A stretch of DNA of 60,829 bases, filler included, from Sphacelaria rigidula (Eukaryota): the NCBI GenBank assembly GCA_964200075.2. It is 9 parts of 9 records of this genome, joined end to end, with 100 filler letters (N's around TTAATTAATTAA, not from the genome) between each part and the next. Parts side by side here need not be neighbours in the genome. Positions count along the whole stretch, not along the records: positions 6,771 to 13,440 come from CAXNAA020018724.1; positions 13,541 to 20,210 come from CAXNAA020018725.1; positions 20,311 to 26,980 come from CAXNAA020018726.1; 6 more parts are not named here. One strand, written 5' to 3'. The notes beneath the pieces are model-generated. The model was given only the letters and a program-made list of their open reading frames with translations. It did no database searches and was not told the origin of the DNA. A program made the position numbers and the translations under genes. Below, piece by piece: positions 13,117 to 26,453 of the stretch; the stretch's first letter is position 1; each line of letters begins with the position of its first letter.

Positions 13117-16035
13117 CTGAAAACAGGCGGTGGAAAGGCGAGCGGGCGGGTGCAAGGTTGTGTACTATGTGAGAAACGTCCCGAGGTCAAGATATACAAC
13201 AAGTACTGTAAACTTCCGAGCATGTACTTGATTCAGTACGAGAACATGCCGCGACAGTGAAGAGGCCGATCCCGTGAGGGCGTGCGGTACTTATTTCTGA
13301 TATCTGGCGAACATGAGCCGTAAGGGTGAGACGAAAGCGAGACCAAGCTCTTGCAACCTAGCTTGCGACCAACCTTGAGCCAGTTCTCCAGCAATTTCGT
13401 GCCACCAGTAGACAGTTCGGGGGGGGGGGGGGGGGGGGGGNNNNNNNNNNNNNNNNNNNNNNNNNNNNNNNNNNNNNNNNNNNNTTAATTAATTAANNNN
13501 NNNNNNNNNNNNNNNNNNNNNNNNNNNNNNNNNNNNNNNNAAGCCACGCAACAAATAAGTCCGCCCCCCCCCCCCTCCCCCGCCCCTACCAAACGCGTGG
13601 GATCGTTCCGCATATTTCGCAGCATGCTCGTCGTATACGAACGGCAACGTTCGCGCAGTTAATACAGTCGACTTCCCGTAAGTATGGATTGGGTACCACT
13701 CGGTTCGCTGTTGTTCGTTGTTGCGGAAAGCGACAAGGATCGAGTGTCCGAGCTTCACCACGCGTACCCGTCGGTTGTGTGCTGCTGATGATGATTTCAG
13801 GTATCTGAGAACCCATCTCCCGTGTTCTGCGTGTAGAAATTGCAGGCGGAAGTTTCATTCGTTTGTTTCCCGTGGGTAACGTCCTTTCGCTCCCTCGACG
13901 CCCCCCTCCTTCTGTGTCGCAGATACGTCTTGGCTAATACACGAAGGGCTGGAGAAGCGAGAGAATCCAAGCACATCCTTCGTTCTGTCGGTGAGATGCC
14001 CTAGTCTAGATATTGAGCATCGGCGATAAACTTCGCCGCGCGGGAAGGCGGAACGCGAGATTATTGTTGCACTTGAATACAGGCACGCGTTCTTATGTCA
14101 ATGAAAAGTCGTACTGAATCCAGCACAGGTCTTCACCCTTATACGGCGAGAGTTAGTCATCCGTGGGATCGGTGTCAATTGCACTTGGAAAAAGTATGCA
14201 TGCTCCAGATCCGATGATCCAGATGGACTAACTACCCTCGCGGCCCAAGGGTTGATCACGCAGTGAAAAGGGTCGGCAGCAGCATGCGAACTTCCTTGAC
14301 TTCTTTTTACCGCTGCAGCACCTGACGTCTTGGCTCTTTGTATCACATGCATACGCAGAGCAAGCTGGCCAAGTATCGGAACGCTGCTAATTGCTCGGAA
14401 ATATTATCTACACAGACTGTCAGTCACAAGTAAGACATATTGGTTCATCACTCAATGTTGATAATTTGGCAATAAACTCGGCGGGGTGCTCATGATCAAG
14501 CATGCCATAGTCATAAGACCATTGACGGGAGGGGGGGGGGGGGAGGACCGAGAGTACACTCCGCATCGACCGGAGAAAAAGACGAGGAAATAAAATTCAA
14601 CGCTGTCGTATATTTTGACAGCGGATAGGCGCAAGTCACCCCTTTTCTCCCTCGTTATTGGGCCCAATGGAACAGCATAAAGCATCAATGGTTGCACATA
14701 CAACACGAAGAAAAACATGGATATTGTTTTCGGGATTTTCATGACAGTCGGGTTTTTCGACAAAGGAACGTACAGGATCCGCCGTTTTCTTGCCCAATAT
14801 CGGGATCCATGCAACGAGCGATGGATTAAAATGACCGGGTAAAACACAGGGAGGCAGCGCAAAAGCACAACGGTTCAAAATAGCTCCGAAGTAAATACGT
14901 ACATCTCGAATGAAGTGTGGTGTCACGCTCATGTGATGGCCGCAGTAATCCTATAATAGTGCTGAAAGGAGCGGCCGTGGGGGGTGGGGGGAAGCGAGGG
15001 ACCTCTTGTTGTATTTCCTCCATTCAGTGAGATCCGTCTCAAAAATATCTGTAGTGGCCCTCGAAGCTACCTCGGCAGAAATGCTCAACGGCGAAATCAT
15101 GCACAGTAGATATCTTCGAAACAGTATTTTTAAAACCTGGTCAGTTGCTCATCGTTCACATCGAGACCAAGGGCTGTTCGATGAAAGCCATCGCTGGGAA
15201 AAACCATCAAATCGCTAGCCCGTGCACCCCATGGTGTAATGAGGTGCAGTGTCAAACATACCCTCAACCTTACAATACGAGCATTTATTTGTTGCTTGTA
15301 TCTCTATCTATTTCCGTCCCGCTTGCAGAACAAAGTCTACAAGTATCCAGACGTTTGGGTATGCCTCTACGACGTGTACGGGTGTGATAGCCAGCCCCTG
15401 GAGGAGGAGTGCGTTCGGTCTTTGCACGACACGCAGGGAGGGCGAACGAGAGCGCATTATCACCCCAACGGAGTGAACGAACAGGAGTTGGATATTTTCA
15501 CGGCGCTCACGGACAAGGTGACGATCAACACCCGGGATTGCGCAGTCTTTCGCCGCGCGCGCCGGAACCGAGCCATACATGACAATTTGACGATGTTATC
15601 ATCAAGCCGGGCCTTGGTGTGATGGCGTGGATTGGGTCGAAGTATTGACGATGTTCTGGAGAAGCAGCTGAAATGATAACTTCGGTCCAGTAGGTCACTT
15701 ACCAGGGTGCTGGACAGCCGCAAGTTGCGTTCGTGGACACTTGTACCCTGCCAGCTGAAAATCCGCATGCATATGCGAAATTTGGTATTTGCTACCTCCA
15801 GCGAAAAATAGACGTGTCTTATATTTCATCTGAAAGAGCCATTTTTTCCCATCTGTATGTGCCGTGTCCACGTGTCATTGGACGATAGGGCGCTGGGGGA
15901 GGAGGGGATAGGGGGGGGGGGGGGGGGGTCTCGGGGGTTTTTGGTCGGAGGGCGGTTTGGGGAAGGGGGGGGGGTGGTTCCAAGCACACAAAACTGGAGT
16001 AAGGTTGANNNNNNNGGTGGTGGTGGGGGGGGGGT

Positions 16036-16091
<56 letters not shown>

Positions 16092-18158
16092 ACTCGGTGT
16101 TTATGTTCCGGAAGCGACTTTGAGAATCGGGGATGATGGTTCACAGCACAGCAAACTCGATGTAGGTTGACCAATTTCAGCGTTTCAGCACCTCTGTGCT
16201 ATGAGACGCGACATCAAGACAATGTTTTTCCGAGGGAAAAAATCGAAGTCAAGAGCTTTTTTTCATTTTTTTATTCTGATATGGATTGCCACTCCCCCTC
16301 CCCACCCACCCCCGCCCCGCCCCTCCTCCGTTCCCGTCCTGTCGTCCGACGATTCTCGCATTGCTAATATGAATGGGCGTGCGGACAGAGGGGATGGTGT
16401 GTAGTCGTCGAAGCATCGGCCGTGGAGGTCGAACTAGGGAACGAGAGGGAATCCGACAATGAACTAGACTACATACTACTGGACGTGAGTGGTATGATGG
16501 ATGATAAACGTACTGTATATCACTGCGGCATGCAGGAATTTCAGCAATGGATCAGAAAACAACATTATTCAGAGAGTGTGCGGGGAGGAAAAGGGAGCCG
16601 TTTGTCGTCCTGCAGGATTGTCTTCGAAGACGTATTGTTGGAAGCGACTCGCGATGGTGCGCACGTTGCTGTTGTACCCGAGCAATTCAAGTGCTACTAT
16701 TGGGGACACTACTATTCCGATGACCAGCTTCATGCAGGAAGGGACTTGTTCCCAACAGCTCTCTCTCTCTGATGATATGGGTCGACTGTAGAAAGGGCAT
16801 TTATTCTCGCCTCCCATGTGTAGTCCGCCTCACGAAATCCCCCACAAGGGCAGGCGCTGGGGCATGTTTTCAAACATCAGCAGTGTTCCCCCCAAACTCC
16901 GTGTCCGGCGCAAGCTGTCCACCGGGCGACGTGCAACATGTGGAATTTTATTTGACACAAGACACGCTGTCGTTTCATAAGTGCTGTCTAGAGCAGCCAT
17001 CCCCACCGGACAGCCGCACGAGTCGCACTCGGTGAGTGATTCCGCTACGCGTAGAACACGGGAGACCGCGATACCCTGATTGACTTTTCGATTTATTGTG
17101 TTCGGGCAGATGTATTGGCATCCGGGCGGTTACCCGAGTAACTCTACGACATGCGGCGTGAAGGAGGGCGAGTGGGAGGAGCACAGGTGCAGTGTAGTGA
17201 GACCACCATGTTGGCATTCGAGGATCACATACATGTGCAGCTTAGAAACCGTCAGCATGCAGTAAATGTAACTGTGTGCTGTGCGTACTGATGGACTCGT
17301 GTGATCTCGTGGAATGATAGGTACCGTAGAAGGGAAACATGACTTCTTCAATGAACAATTCTACTCCCGATTTTTTGTTTTTGTGCTTTACGTGCACACG
17401 CATGATCTTGAGGGGTGTGGCGCCGATGGTGATTTCCAAAACAATAATCGTGGAAGATATGGCCCTTAGCATTCGACAGCCAAGGGCTACGGCTACAGGA
17501 GAACTATTGCTCGGATTCATCCTGCGCTCGTGGCGGATTGCAAGGAATGAAAAACACCCACAAACAGACTGTTCGCAAATATGGATGATATAGAAATCGC
17601 ACTTGGCAACAGCAGACACCTCTTCGCCGAGACTTGAGCGTTCTCGAAATTCGCAGGCGATCGTGAGGTGTTTGGTGGTCTGAAGTTGGAAACGAGGGGA
17701 ATCCGATCGCATATCCGAGTGTATATTGTAATTGAGAGTCGCATTTCGCTGCAAACGGCTTGCATTTGGATCGCACTTTGATCATATAAGCGACAGGTCC
17801 TTGCTCATACGCTTGATACGCGCTGTTGAAAACGGGACTTTACAAGTTGCAGGCGGATTTGTTCTCGAGGAAGGCCCTTGGGAACCTTCACACGCATGAT
17901 AATATTGTCGGAAACAAGTGCAACCACACTCTTCGGCTGTGATGTGAAAACATTGTCGAAAACGAATGCAAACACACTCTTCGGCCGTGATGTGTGACCT
18001 CGTTCAGCCTCAGAAACAAAACAACTCAGCGGAGAGTTTCTCTTCGTTGCAAAACCTCAAGCGTGCCCTTTTTTCTCTTTTGTTTCGGTTATTTCCACTG
18101 GAGCATGCGGCCGTAATTCGTCGTAAGACGGTTGGTGTGCCTCGCGCAATTAAAAGCT

Positions 18159-18365
18159 GACACTTTCTACGATAGCCCCCTCCCAAGACCAGCTATAAGT
18201 GTCACGAAAAAACGGCCATACAGCGCGTGATGTTCGGGTTCAGGCTGCATGAAGGAATTCCCAGCTTCTCGTTGTGCTCGGCCTTTCCCGTTTCGAGTTA
18301 CGTGAACGTTTTGCCTCTCAAAACCGTGCACGTTTTTTGGGAGGGGGGCTATCGTAGAAAGTGTC
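18159..18365. mobile_element. MITE, about 28-bp TIR, probable AGCT 4-bp TSD
   Basis: gacactttctacgatagccccctcccaa / ttgggagggggctatcgtagaaagtgtc with agct on both sides. AGCT is palindromic, so the exact boundary is ambiguous. Confidence 0.75.
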
Positions 18366-19673
18366 AGCTTCGTAGCCTCATGTTTCAAACAAACAGCTGA
18401 AGGTGCAGAATGGGTTTCAATTTCGAAATTAGTCCCAACCCCAGAAGGGTGTGTTTTCCAACCTGTAGCTAGGCCAAACGGGCGTCGATCGCGTGGAAAC
18501 TGCTTCAGAGCCTGTCACCGACTCCGCACAGCCTTTCACCGACTCTGTGAGCCCACAGCGCCATGCGAAAAGCGTCATTTTGACCTGGTTTCGGGGTGAT
18601 CGATGACACGGAAAAATGGCGCTTTCACTCGACACTACTGTGGAGCCGACAGAGTCGGGGAAAGGCGCTAAAACCACTTTCACGCGATGAGGTGTGGACT
18701 CAGCCGACGATTAGGTAATCGGGAATAGTTGGTTTTAGGTTGGGAAAAGCACTGTTTCGGAATTAAGGCTCCTTTCAAAATTGGATCTTATTGTGCACGT
18801 CCGGCTGTCATCGTTTGCGATTCTTCTCCAGGCCGATTCCATTTCATATCTCGGTGCCTTTGCCTGTCTAGATGTGTCCAATTGGTTCCAATGTCAAAGC
18901 GATATTACCCCATAGCTCCTGCCCGTCATGTTCTCCAGCCGTGTCTCTGAAGTGAGGAATGGGGTTGCCTTGTACACAGCCAACGCGTGCCGTCATCACG
19001 TAGGTGGTTATTGTGCGGCGTGATCGTTCTTCCCGGTCGTCGGGTCCGGTTATGAATGGGAGGCTTGGTGTTCGCGGAGCGGTGGAAACGCGAAGACACC
19101 CCAAGCGCCAGTAGTACTGTACACCGCAGTAACTGCAAGTGATCGTACAACATCCGTACCCGAAGCCGTGCGACAGGGGCCTGGCATTCTTTCTGCTGCT
19201 TTCAGCAGGGCCGACTCCAGATCTGTCTTGGCGTTATTTCTTTTCCCCCTCACGTTTCTCTGCTTCCTGTTCCTAATTTGAAAGTTTCAACATATTTACA
19301 TGTTTGCTACGTTTCGGGATTGTTTTCTTCAGTATGCACTGGCTGTTCTCCCCCCTCCATCTTCATTTATCCCCCTTACTTTTTGTCGAATTTGTTTCGA
19401 GGTTGCTCCCGTGTATAGCCACGTTGAGGACGTCCATCTCGTGGATAATGACATGCCCAACTTGTCAATAATGATCACAGTTGGGTTCCCAGAGGATGAG
19501 TCAACGTGCGACGATCAATCGATCGATAAATCGATCAAAGGCACAGCGTCCTGTCCCGTGCGTTTCTTGATATCGTTTCAGATGCTATGCACACCATTAA
19601 GTGCACCAACCGTTTATTTCCCCCTCCCCCCGATGGCCTTCGCGCGTTCTGCATCACCCTCCTTGCGCCGCAG

Positions 19674-19788
19674 TGAAAGCGTTTTCCTATTCCTGAACGA
19701 TACGGAAACTGGCGTCGTGTCCACGGGCATTCAGGTGTCCTACAGTTGCATCACCAACCAATCCAGCAGTAATTTCTTCAACTACGTG
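19674..19788 (+). CDS. Isolated candidate exon, unknown protein
   Basis: Pyrimidine tract plus cgcag acceptor and gtgagt donor. Open frame ESVFLFLNDTETGVVSTGIQVSYSCITNQSSSNFFNYV with two NxS/T sequons. Confidence 0.45.
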
Positions 19789-22232
19789 GTGAGTGCCCGG
19801 CCTAGTATCTACTCCCCGCCGTAGACTACTGCTCACTCTTGGTTGTGCGGCGGTCGAGTCGGTCCGGTCCGGTCCGGTCCGCGTTGGTTGGCCGGGTGTA
19901 TGCGCGCTCGATTAATGAATCTAGCCTCTAACCGACCTTAAGGGACATCAGCTGGTGCGACTGACTACCGGGATACACATCTGCACTCGAGTCGTTGCAT
20001 TTTATGTTCAAGTTGTCTCGTTAAAGCTACTACTGTACTGATACTGTTGGTTGCCGTCCTTTCGGTACTGAAGGCGGCGGTGCGTCTGATTGTCGCCACA
20101 TCAATTTTGCTGCAGCACCGGGCCAAAAGCAAACGTTTCTTACGCACTCGGCGAGGGCATTTTGTATCAGCAGTAGACGGGGGGGGGGGGGGGACCTCAC
20201 CCCCTTAAAANNNNNNNNNNNNNNNNNNNNNNNNNNNNNNNNNNNNNNNNNNNNTTAATTAATTAANNNNNNNNNNNNNNNNNNNNNNNNNNNNNNNNNN
20301 NNNNNNNNNNTATGCCACTTCAGTCCCATATTTTGTATGAACCCCAAAATATAAAATCGGCTGTTAAATGGAACTGTCCACTTTGTGACTATTTTCCGAT
20401 GATCATACCCGAAACGTGAAATTCAATTTTTGGGTGCCGCTGCAGTGATTGATATCTATACAAGGACCAAACTTGGGCCCGAAACATTGAGTCTTTGTTG
20501 CTCGGGAATCGCCACTGATCTGCACAGAAGCAGAGCACGACGCCTTGAATCGCACGCACTTGAGGCGATCACACCTGTCTTGGCCCGTTATACGATTTTT
20601 GGCGGGGCGGTTATTTAGCAGTCCTAAAATTAGTAGTGTATTCGTATACACGTGCGTGCCTCCGGAACGGTAGCAATATGGAAGGCACAGGATGCATAAA
20701 TAAATGCGGCCCGGCATGTGTTTTCTTTCGAATGATGAATTCATATTCTCCGTCGAAATTGGAGGCAAAATTGATTCTTGTGCTGTAATCGAGCCCGGCA
20801 CAGACACAAAAAATGCTTCCGACGTTCGTGAGATTAAGGCCCATGACGACATCGACAAACAGCTGATAAACCGTAGCCAGTGGATAGCATCATTCAGTTT
20901 TCGGAATTACCACACCAATAAACTACAAAGAGCCCCTTTCCAAACTGCCAGGACATCACACATGGCGGAGTGTTTTCGGACAGTCACAGCAAACGGACGA
21001 TTGTCTTTGGCCAGTCCGAAAAATGCGTGCCACGCCGTTCTTATTAGCTTCGACGAAAACAATTTCAAATGTTCCACCCCCTCTCCCTGGAAAGCTCTTG
21101 ATTAAGATAGCAAAATCCATCACTTGACTTCGTCAATGTCTGAAAGTCCCTCCGCTACGAAATGTAGTGGGTGACGTCAACCGTCGACGAAGGGGGATTA
21201 GCCAATCGGAAAATTGCGTGCCGTTTGACCCCCTGTCTCCTAGCATTCGATCCTATCTGCCCCTTTTGACCAAGCCCTTGGGAAACCGCTACGATGTAAA
21301 CGGATGCTCGAACCCACCGCACGTCGCTGGTGTCTCAACGCTTCCTTCCCACCCGCGATACCCGTTTTTTTTGCTCTTGTTTTTTGCCCTTCATCATAAG
21401 GATGACAAAGCCTAGCGGACAAACCTCTCCCTACACTTATTACACCGCCACGGTGTACTCCGTGTTCCGATTCTAACTCGGAGCGTGCCGCTCGAAATAA
21501 ACAAGCACGCTAGGATAGGCGTCAGCCGAAATGAGGGTATGACAGGCATTGTGAGACTCCAACCCAAAAAACAACCCCCTATTGCCAACTGCCCCTTGTA
21601 GTCGAGCCCCGGGCTCACTACTGCTATGTAGGGCCACGACATCTAGTTGGACTTTGATCCCTACCCGTACCCCCTTCACGTATCGTACAAACTAAAAACC
21701 CCGTTCGCCCCAGCCGCTGCTCTCCATCCTGTTCATCATCTCGAGAAGAACCAAACAACTCATGAAGACACCATGGACGACAGTATGGCAGCCTACACGC
21801 CTGTTCGACGTGACTATTAATAGGACAAAACGCACATGCACACCCATCCTTGTACCCTCAGAGACTAAAACAAATCGGGCAGAAGCCTTCAGGCTACCGT
21901 CACGGGGGATACAAGTGCCAGGGACGAACAACGAGCAACGACGCTCCGCCCCCGCCCCCGCCTACCATGTAACAGACAGAGACACCAAGACAAAACACAC
22001 ACCAAGGCAAAACAAAGGACGACGTGCCAAACTCGACGTCTACAGTATGGCCCATGGGGACAGCGCAACACGGTCGCCGCACTCAGTCTCTCGCACCCCG
22101 CGCTCTGTCTAGATTCGGACATCGCACAGCCAGTCCCACTTCATTGTCGTGACAGATGAAAACACGAGCGACATAACCCCTTCCCCTTCCCCGTCCTGCC
22201 CTCCTTCCACCGCCGCTGTGCGTTCGTGAAAA

Positions 22233-22480
22233 GAGCAATGCTACGGTAGGGGTTCACTTTTTGCGCGAAATCTCGTCCGGTCCAGGGGCTCCTAACGATT
22301 CTAGATGCACAAGAATATGGGTCAGGACATCCCCGTTTGCAAATTTATTCGGGATATTCCCAGCAAATTGGAATAGCAATCCTGCCGTACTGCCACATAT
22401 TTTCATAAGTCGTAAGATAAGGGGCTCCTAACAATTCTAAGCTCAGAAAATATTTGTGCACCCCTACCGTAGCATCACAC
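22233..22480. mobile_element. MITE with GAG-type termini and 4-bp TSD (Sola2-like)
   Basis: TIRs gagcaatgctacggtaggggttcac / gtgcacccctaccgtagcatcacac; TSD aaaa/aaaa. Confidence 0.8.
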
Positions 22481-22774
22481 AAAAGACACAAGAAAATGGC
22501 GTGGAGAACGATAGAGCACCGGAGCCCCCACACGCATACCCAGTGGCAACGACTGAGCAACATCGCTACCCCTTCGCTCTCGCACCCTTCGCCCAGGGTC
22601 GGAAAAAAAGCCTCGACGCGACCGTCATCAAGCAATACCGGAAAATGCAACGTGTGCATACACATACAGAGCCCTACCGTACACTTACTCCCTGTCCGTC
22701 CTACATACGCCCGTACAACAGGAGGCACCCTCTTTGCTGTCCGTCGCTGCCGTTCTGAAACGTATTTTCATTAG

Positions 22775-22905
22775 ACATGCGCCATGGCCGCTCTCTCGCG
22801 TGTGGGCACTACGCGTCATTCGTCCGCGACCCCGCGGGCCAGTGGCGTAAGTTCGACGACACGAAAGTCACGAAAGTCACGGAGAAACATGTCATGGGGT
22901 GCCCA
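22775..22905 (+). pseudogene. Inverted duplicate of a USP (peptidase C19) His-box exon
   Basis: cattag acceptor followed by MRHGRSLACGHYASFVRDPAGQWRKFDDTKVTKV (GHY and WxxFDD catalytic motifs). Confidence 0.75.
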
Positions 22906-22929
22906 AAGTGTCCGGACAGCACTCCATAT

Positions 22930-24730
22930 GTTCGTGGGATCGCGGACAAACGACGTGTAGTGCCCACACGCGAGAGAGCGGCCTTGGTGCATAACTAATG
23001 ACAACACGTTTCACAACAGCAGCGACGGACGGCAAAGAGGGTGATGGCTTGAGCGTCTAGACTCGATTGGGTACTTGTGCCAGCTGGATGTGTTGTTTCT
23101 CATGAGGACTATCGAAAGTTACCGGGGGGTTCGGCGTTGACACCAACCAAGCGAACGCAGGGCGATGAAATATGCAGGGCCAACATGGAAATTGAGTGTG
23201 AATGAACAGACTGGACGAGAATAAATATTGACACGCGGTCAAGTCTAAGTCTCTTCGATGACTGGGGAAATTGATCCGAAACGAGATTGTGGGAAGCGAG
23301 CAACTGGCGGGCGAACATGTCATTTTTTGTTTCAAATCTTCTGCACAGTAGACGTGCTAACCCTCAATATATTATCCAGGCAAAGCAATGCAAAGACATA
23401 CATAGGGACCATAAAATATTCGTGCACACCACGAGATCGCTGAGAGACCCGGCCTGGGCCTTTCTGTTGAGCTTTAACCAATACAAGGATTGTCGAACCG
23501 TCCGAGTGCATCGAGCGACAAGTTCGTTTATGTCAGTCAACTGCATGACGCTGCTGCCGATGAGCTCAACTTCACAGCGCAGTACGGTAGTCATTTTGAA
23601 TTCCATGTCTGGCGCTCAGTGTAGTACCATACCACGAAGCGCTGGATGGTGTTCTGGCCAACGCAAGTACACACGCAAAACACAATTTACCGACGGCGAT
23701 CAGGCGGTACTTCACGCCCTTGTTGCCGCTCTTCGCTCGGAGGGCGTCGGACAGCAATACGCGTGGAACCGCGAGGATCGGTTGATAGCTTCCGGTAAGG
23801 GGATGGGCAGTCAGCCACGAAAATACGGAATCACAATCGCGGTTCAAGTGTTGTACTGCAGTGAAAGTAAGAGCATTCGGACCAGACTGGCGAGTGACAC
23901 CGATTGCTCTTCGACACGTGCTCGATCCTTTTCACAAAACAACACGTGCCATATGCAACGTCCCAACGTTCGTAGGGGGGGAAACTGGAATATTTGCCCG
24001 CTTCATCTGAGCGTCCGTCACCATCTGCCTCAGCCAGGCGCGTGGATCCCGCTTCTACCACGGAGAGAAGCATGCCCCCCTCACGTGCAGCATCAAGAAC
24101 GCGACAGACGCCACCACATCCCTACGCGATTACGCTTGGCACTATCAAGCACTGAAAACTACGCAGGGTCTGCAAAATTCACACCATCTAGCACTGCCGA
24201 TACTATGCTCGTACTTGTATCTGTATCTGTATCCGTATCTGCATCTGTTCTGGGAACACCTCAAGCGACCCTGAATACATCGAATGCGAACTGCTGCGCC
24301 TGGATAATCATCGTCGGCGGAGCCCCGTGCAGGGATAAGCGCTTCATCGCTTCCACCTTGGTGCACGCAGGTATCAGGACATGAGCAGGGCTCGGGTGTG
24401 ATAATATTTCCAAAACTTTCCACGTCTATTTCGGCGGGGAGCATCACCTGCCAGTCATCTGAATCATGACAAAGGATGGTACAGCAAGGACACTGCGAGG
24501 AGAATAGACAGTGCAAGAGGTGTGCTCCTTCCAAATGTGCTCCGAGTTTTCGACCGGCGTTGGGAGATTTCCATCAACTCTTTCGTGGTGCTTCCAAGCG
24601 CGAATCGGGTAAGGGGGATCAGCTCCATGCGTAGCGTTCAGCCGTCCAACCGCTTCTCCGTTGACGAACTCAGCTCCACTCAACATGTTTTGCTGGAACG
24701 GGGACCGAAACATAGGTCCCGCAAAGCGCA
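22930..24730 (-). pseudogene. Degenerate ubiquitin-specific protease (USP/peptidase C19)
   Basis: Motifs occur in USP order across frameshifts: CPCC...VMLPAEI, TKVEAMKRLSLHGAPPTMIIQAQQFAFD (about 24270-24365), then KYRLIAV spliced by a GT-AG intron (23690-22995) to VMHQGRSLACGHYTSFVRDP. Stops, frameshifts and truncation after the His box. Confidence 0.65.
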
Positions 24731-26010
24731 TATGAAGGCGCGCTCAACACAAACGGGGCGGTGCTTGATCGCGCCAAACTCTCATGGAGGTGAATACAAT
24801 ATCCAGCGTGTCGCCTTACCGGGCCAAGTTCGTCCTTGCAACCTGCCAGTTTCTCCGTGGCGAAGAAACCGCCAAGCACTTGCACCACTGGAGCGGCCTT
24901 CACCTCCCTCGTCTGCGCCTGCCTACTGCCGTGCTTCCCCTTGCAGCCGCGGCGGCGTCTCTGCTTTGCGCCGGTTTGTTCTTGCTGCCGCTCTTCGTGC
25001 CGCCCTACCTTGAGGTTTGCTTGGTAAGAAACGCCTGCTTGAGCGGGACGCGGATGGCAAATGGGACAGCGCGAGAGACGGACTGTCAACAGGCGTTCTC
25101 GACTGTGCTCAGAGAGGGGCTTGGATGCCGACCCTCGGAGCGAAATCAACTTTCGAGAACAAATCGAACGAAATCCAAGCACACATCTAGCGTCGTACCA
25201 CATCTACTTGTGCCCATTCTGCAAGAAAGGCGCTTCTACCAAGCTGCACGAGTAAGCTACCCAATACATTACAAGGTGCGCTTTTCCGGCGAAACACACG
25301 TTTGTCGAAGAAAGCACGCTACGCCAACAGGATGGAGTCTTTTTTCGACACCAGATGCCTTTGTGCTACAACATACTTTGTACCTCCTGCTCGTAAAGGA
25401 TCATGCACTTGCCCTGTCAGAGACTTCAGAGGCAGATACTTGGTGCCACACTTTACTTCCGAAACAACGAACCACGTGCATAACGCCGATGGTCGCCGGA
25501 GTGTGATTCTTCGTGGACTGGTCGCCCCTTGTCTTCCTCAGCGTGGATAACATGGCCCCGGAGACCAATCCGTCAAGCTGAAGCAATTTGCCAACGGCAA
25601 ACAGCAAGCAGCAAACACCGAACCAAGAAGAAGGAGATAGCAACAGACAATTCTCAGCCCATGCATTCTATGACCCCGGGAATCAGCAAAAGGGCCAGCC
25701 AAAGTACACGATGACACATGCATGAAAGCACGTTCAACGTGCAGCCCAACATTCTGCCGCAGCGGGAACGCCCTCAACGGTTAACGCCGACCGCTTCACG
25801 ATCTCACGGCAGGCCGACGATGTACTGTCGGGCACGGGGTGTTTACAGGCACGTGCCTGTTCTCTACTTCACACATGCAACCCAAACAGCCGCCGGAGCA
25901 AATCCTCGTCAGCAACGCCAGCGACAAAGACATTATGCGCAACCCGTCCTGCATTTCCACATGTACTATCACAAGATTTCCGGCACATTTTGTCTACCCT
26001 CTCTTGATTG

Positions 26011-26453
26011 AAGCTAGGCTGGTGAGGTAGGGTAACCTTACCGCCGATCGCCTCTCCTGGCGACGCAATCCGCCGACCTCCACGGTGTGGACGTTGGTAG
26101 CAGTCACCATTATTACTTTCATCCTCTCCCTGGCTTTCTTGGGGTCGATGGCTGGATTTGCTCCGTCGCCTTGAACAGTGGCGCAATCCGCCGACCTCCA
26201 CGGTGTGGACGTTCGCAACAGTCGCCAACACTGCTTTCATCCTCTCCGTAGCGTTGTTAGGGTCTATGGCCTGGTTTTCCTATGCTGTTCAAGGCGAGGG
26301 AGAAACTCCAGGCCATCGACCCCAACAACGCTACGGAGAGGATGAAAGCAGTGTTGGCGACTGCTATGAACGTCCACACCGTGGAGGTCGGCGGATTGCG
26401 TCGCCAGGAGAGGCGATCGGCGGTAAGGAAATCTTACGTCACCAGTCGAGCTT
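26011..26453. repeat. Fold-back (A, partial A, inverted A) of coding-like sequence
   Basis: 26011-26180 and 26180-26281 are both reverse-complementary to 26284-26453. The unit reads KAREKLQAIDPNNATERMKAVLATAMNVHTVEVGGLRRQERR. Confidence 0.85.

Noticed and set aside
23287..24384. Longest ORF in the track (365 aa, +)
   Set aside because: No motifs; it is antisense to the USP relic and spans that relic's intron.
10958..24730. PUL plus USP as a ubiquitin/p97 gene cluster
   Set aside because: The genes are on different, unlinked contigs.
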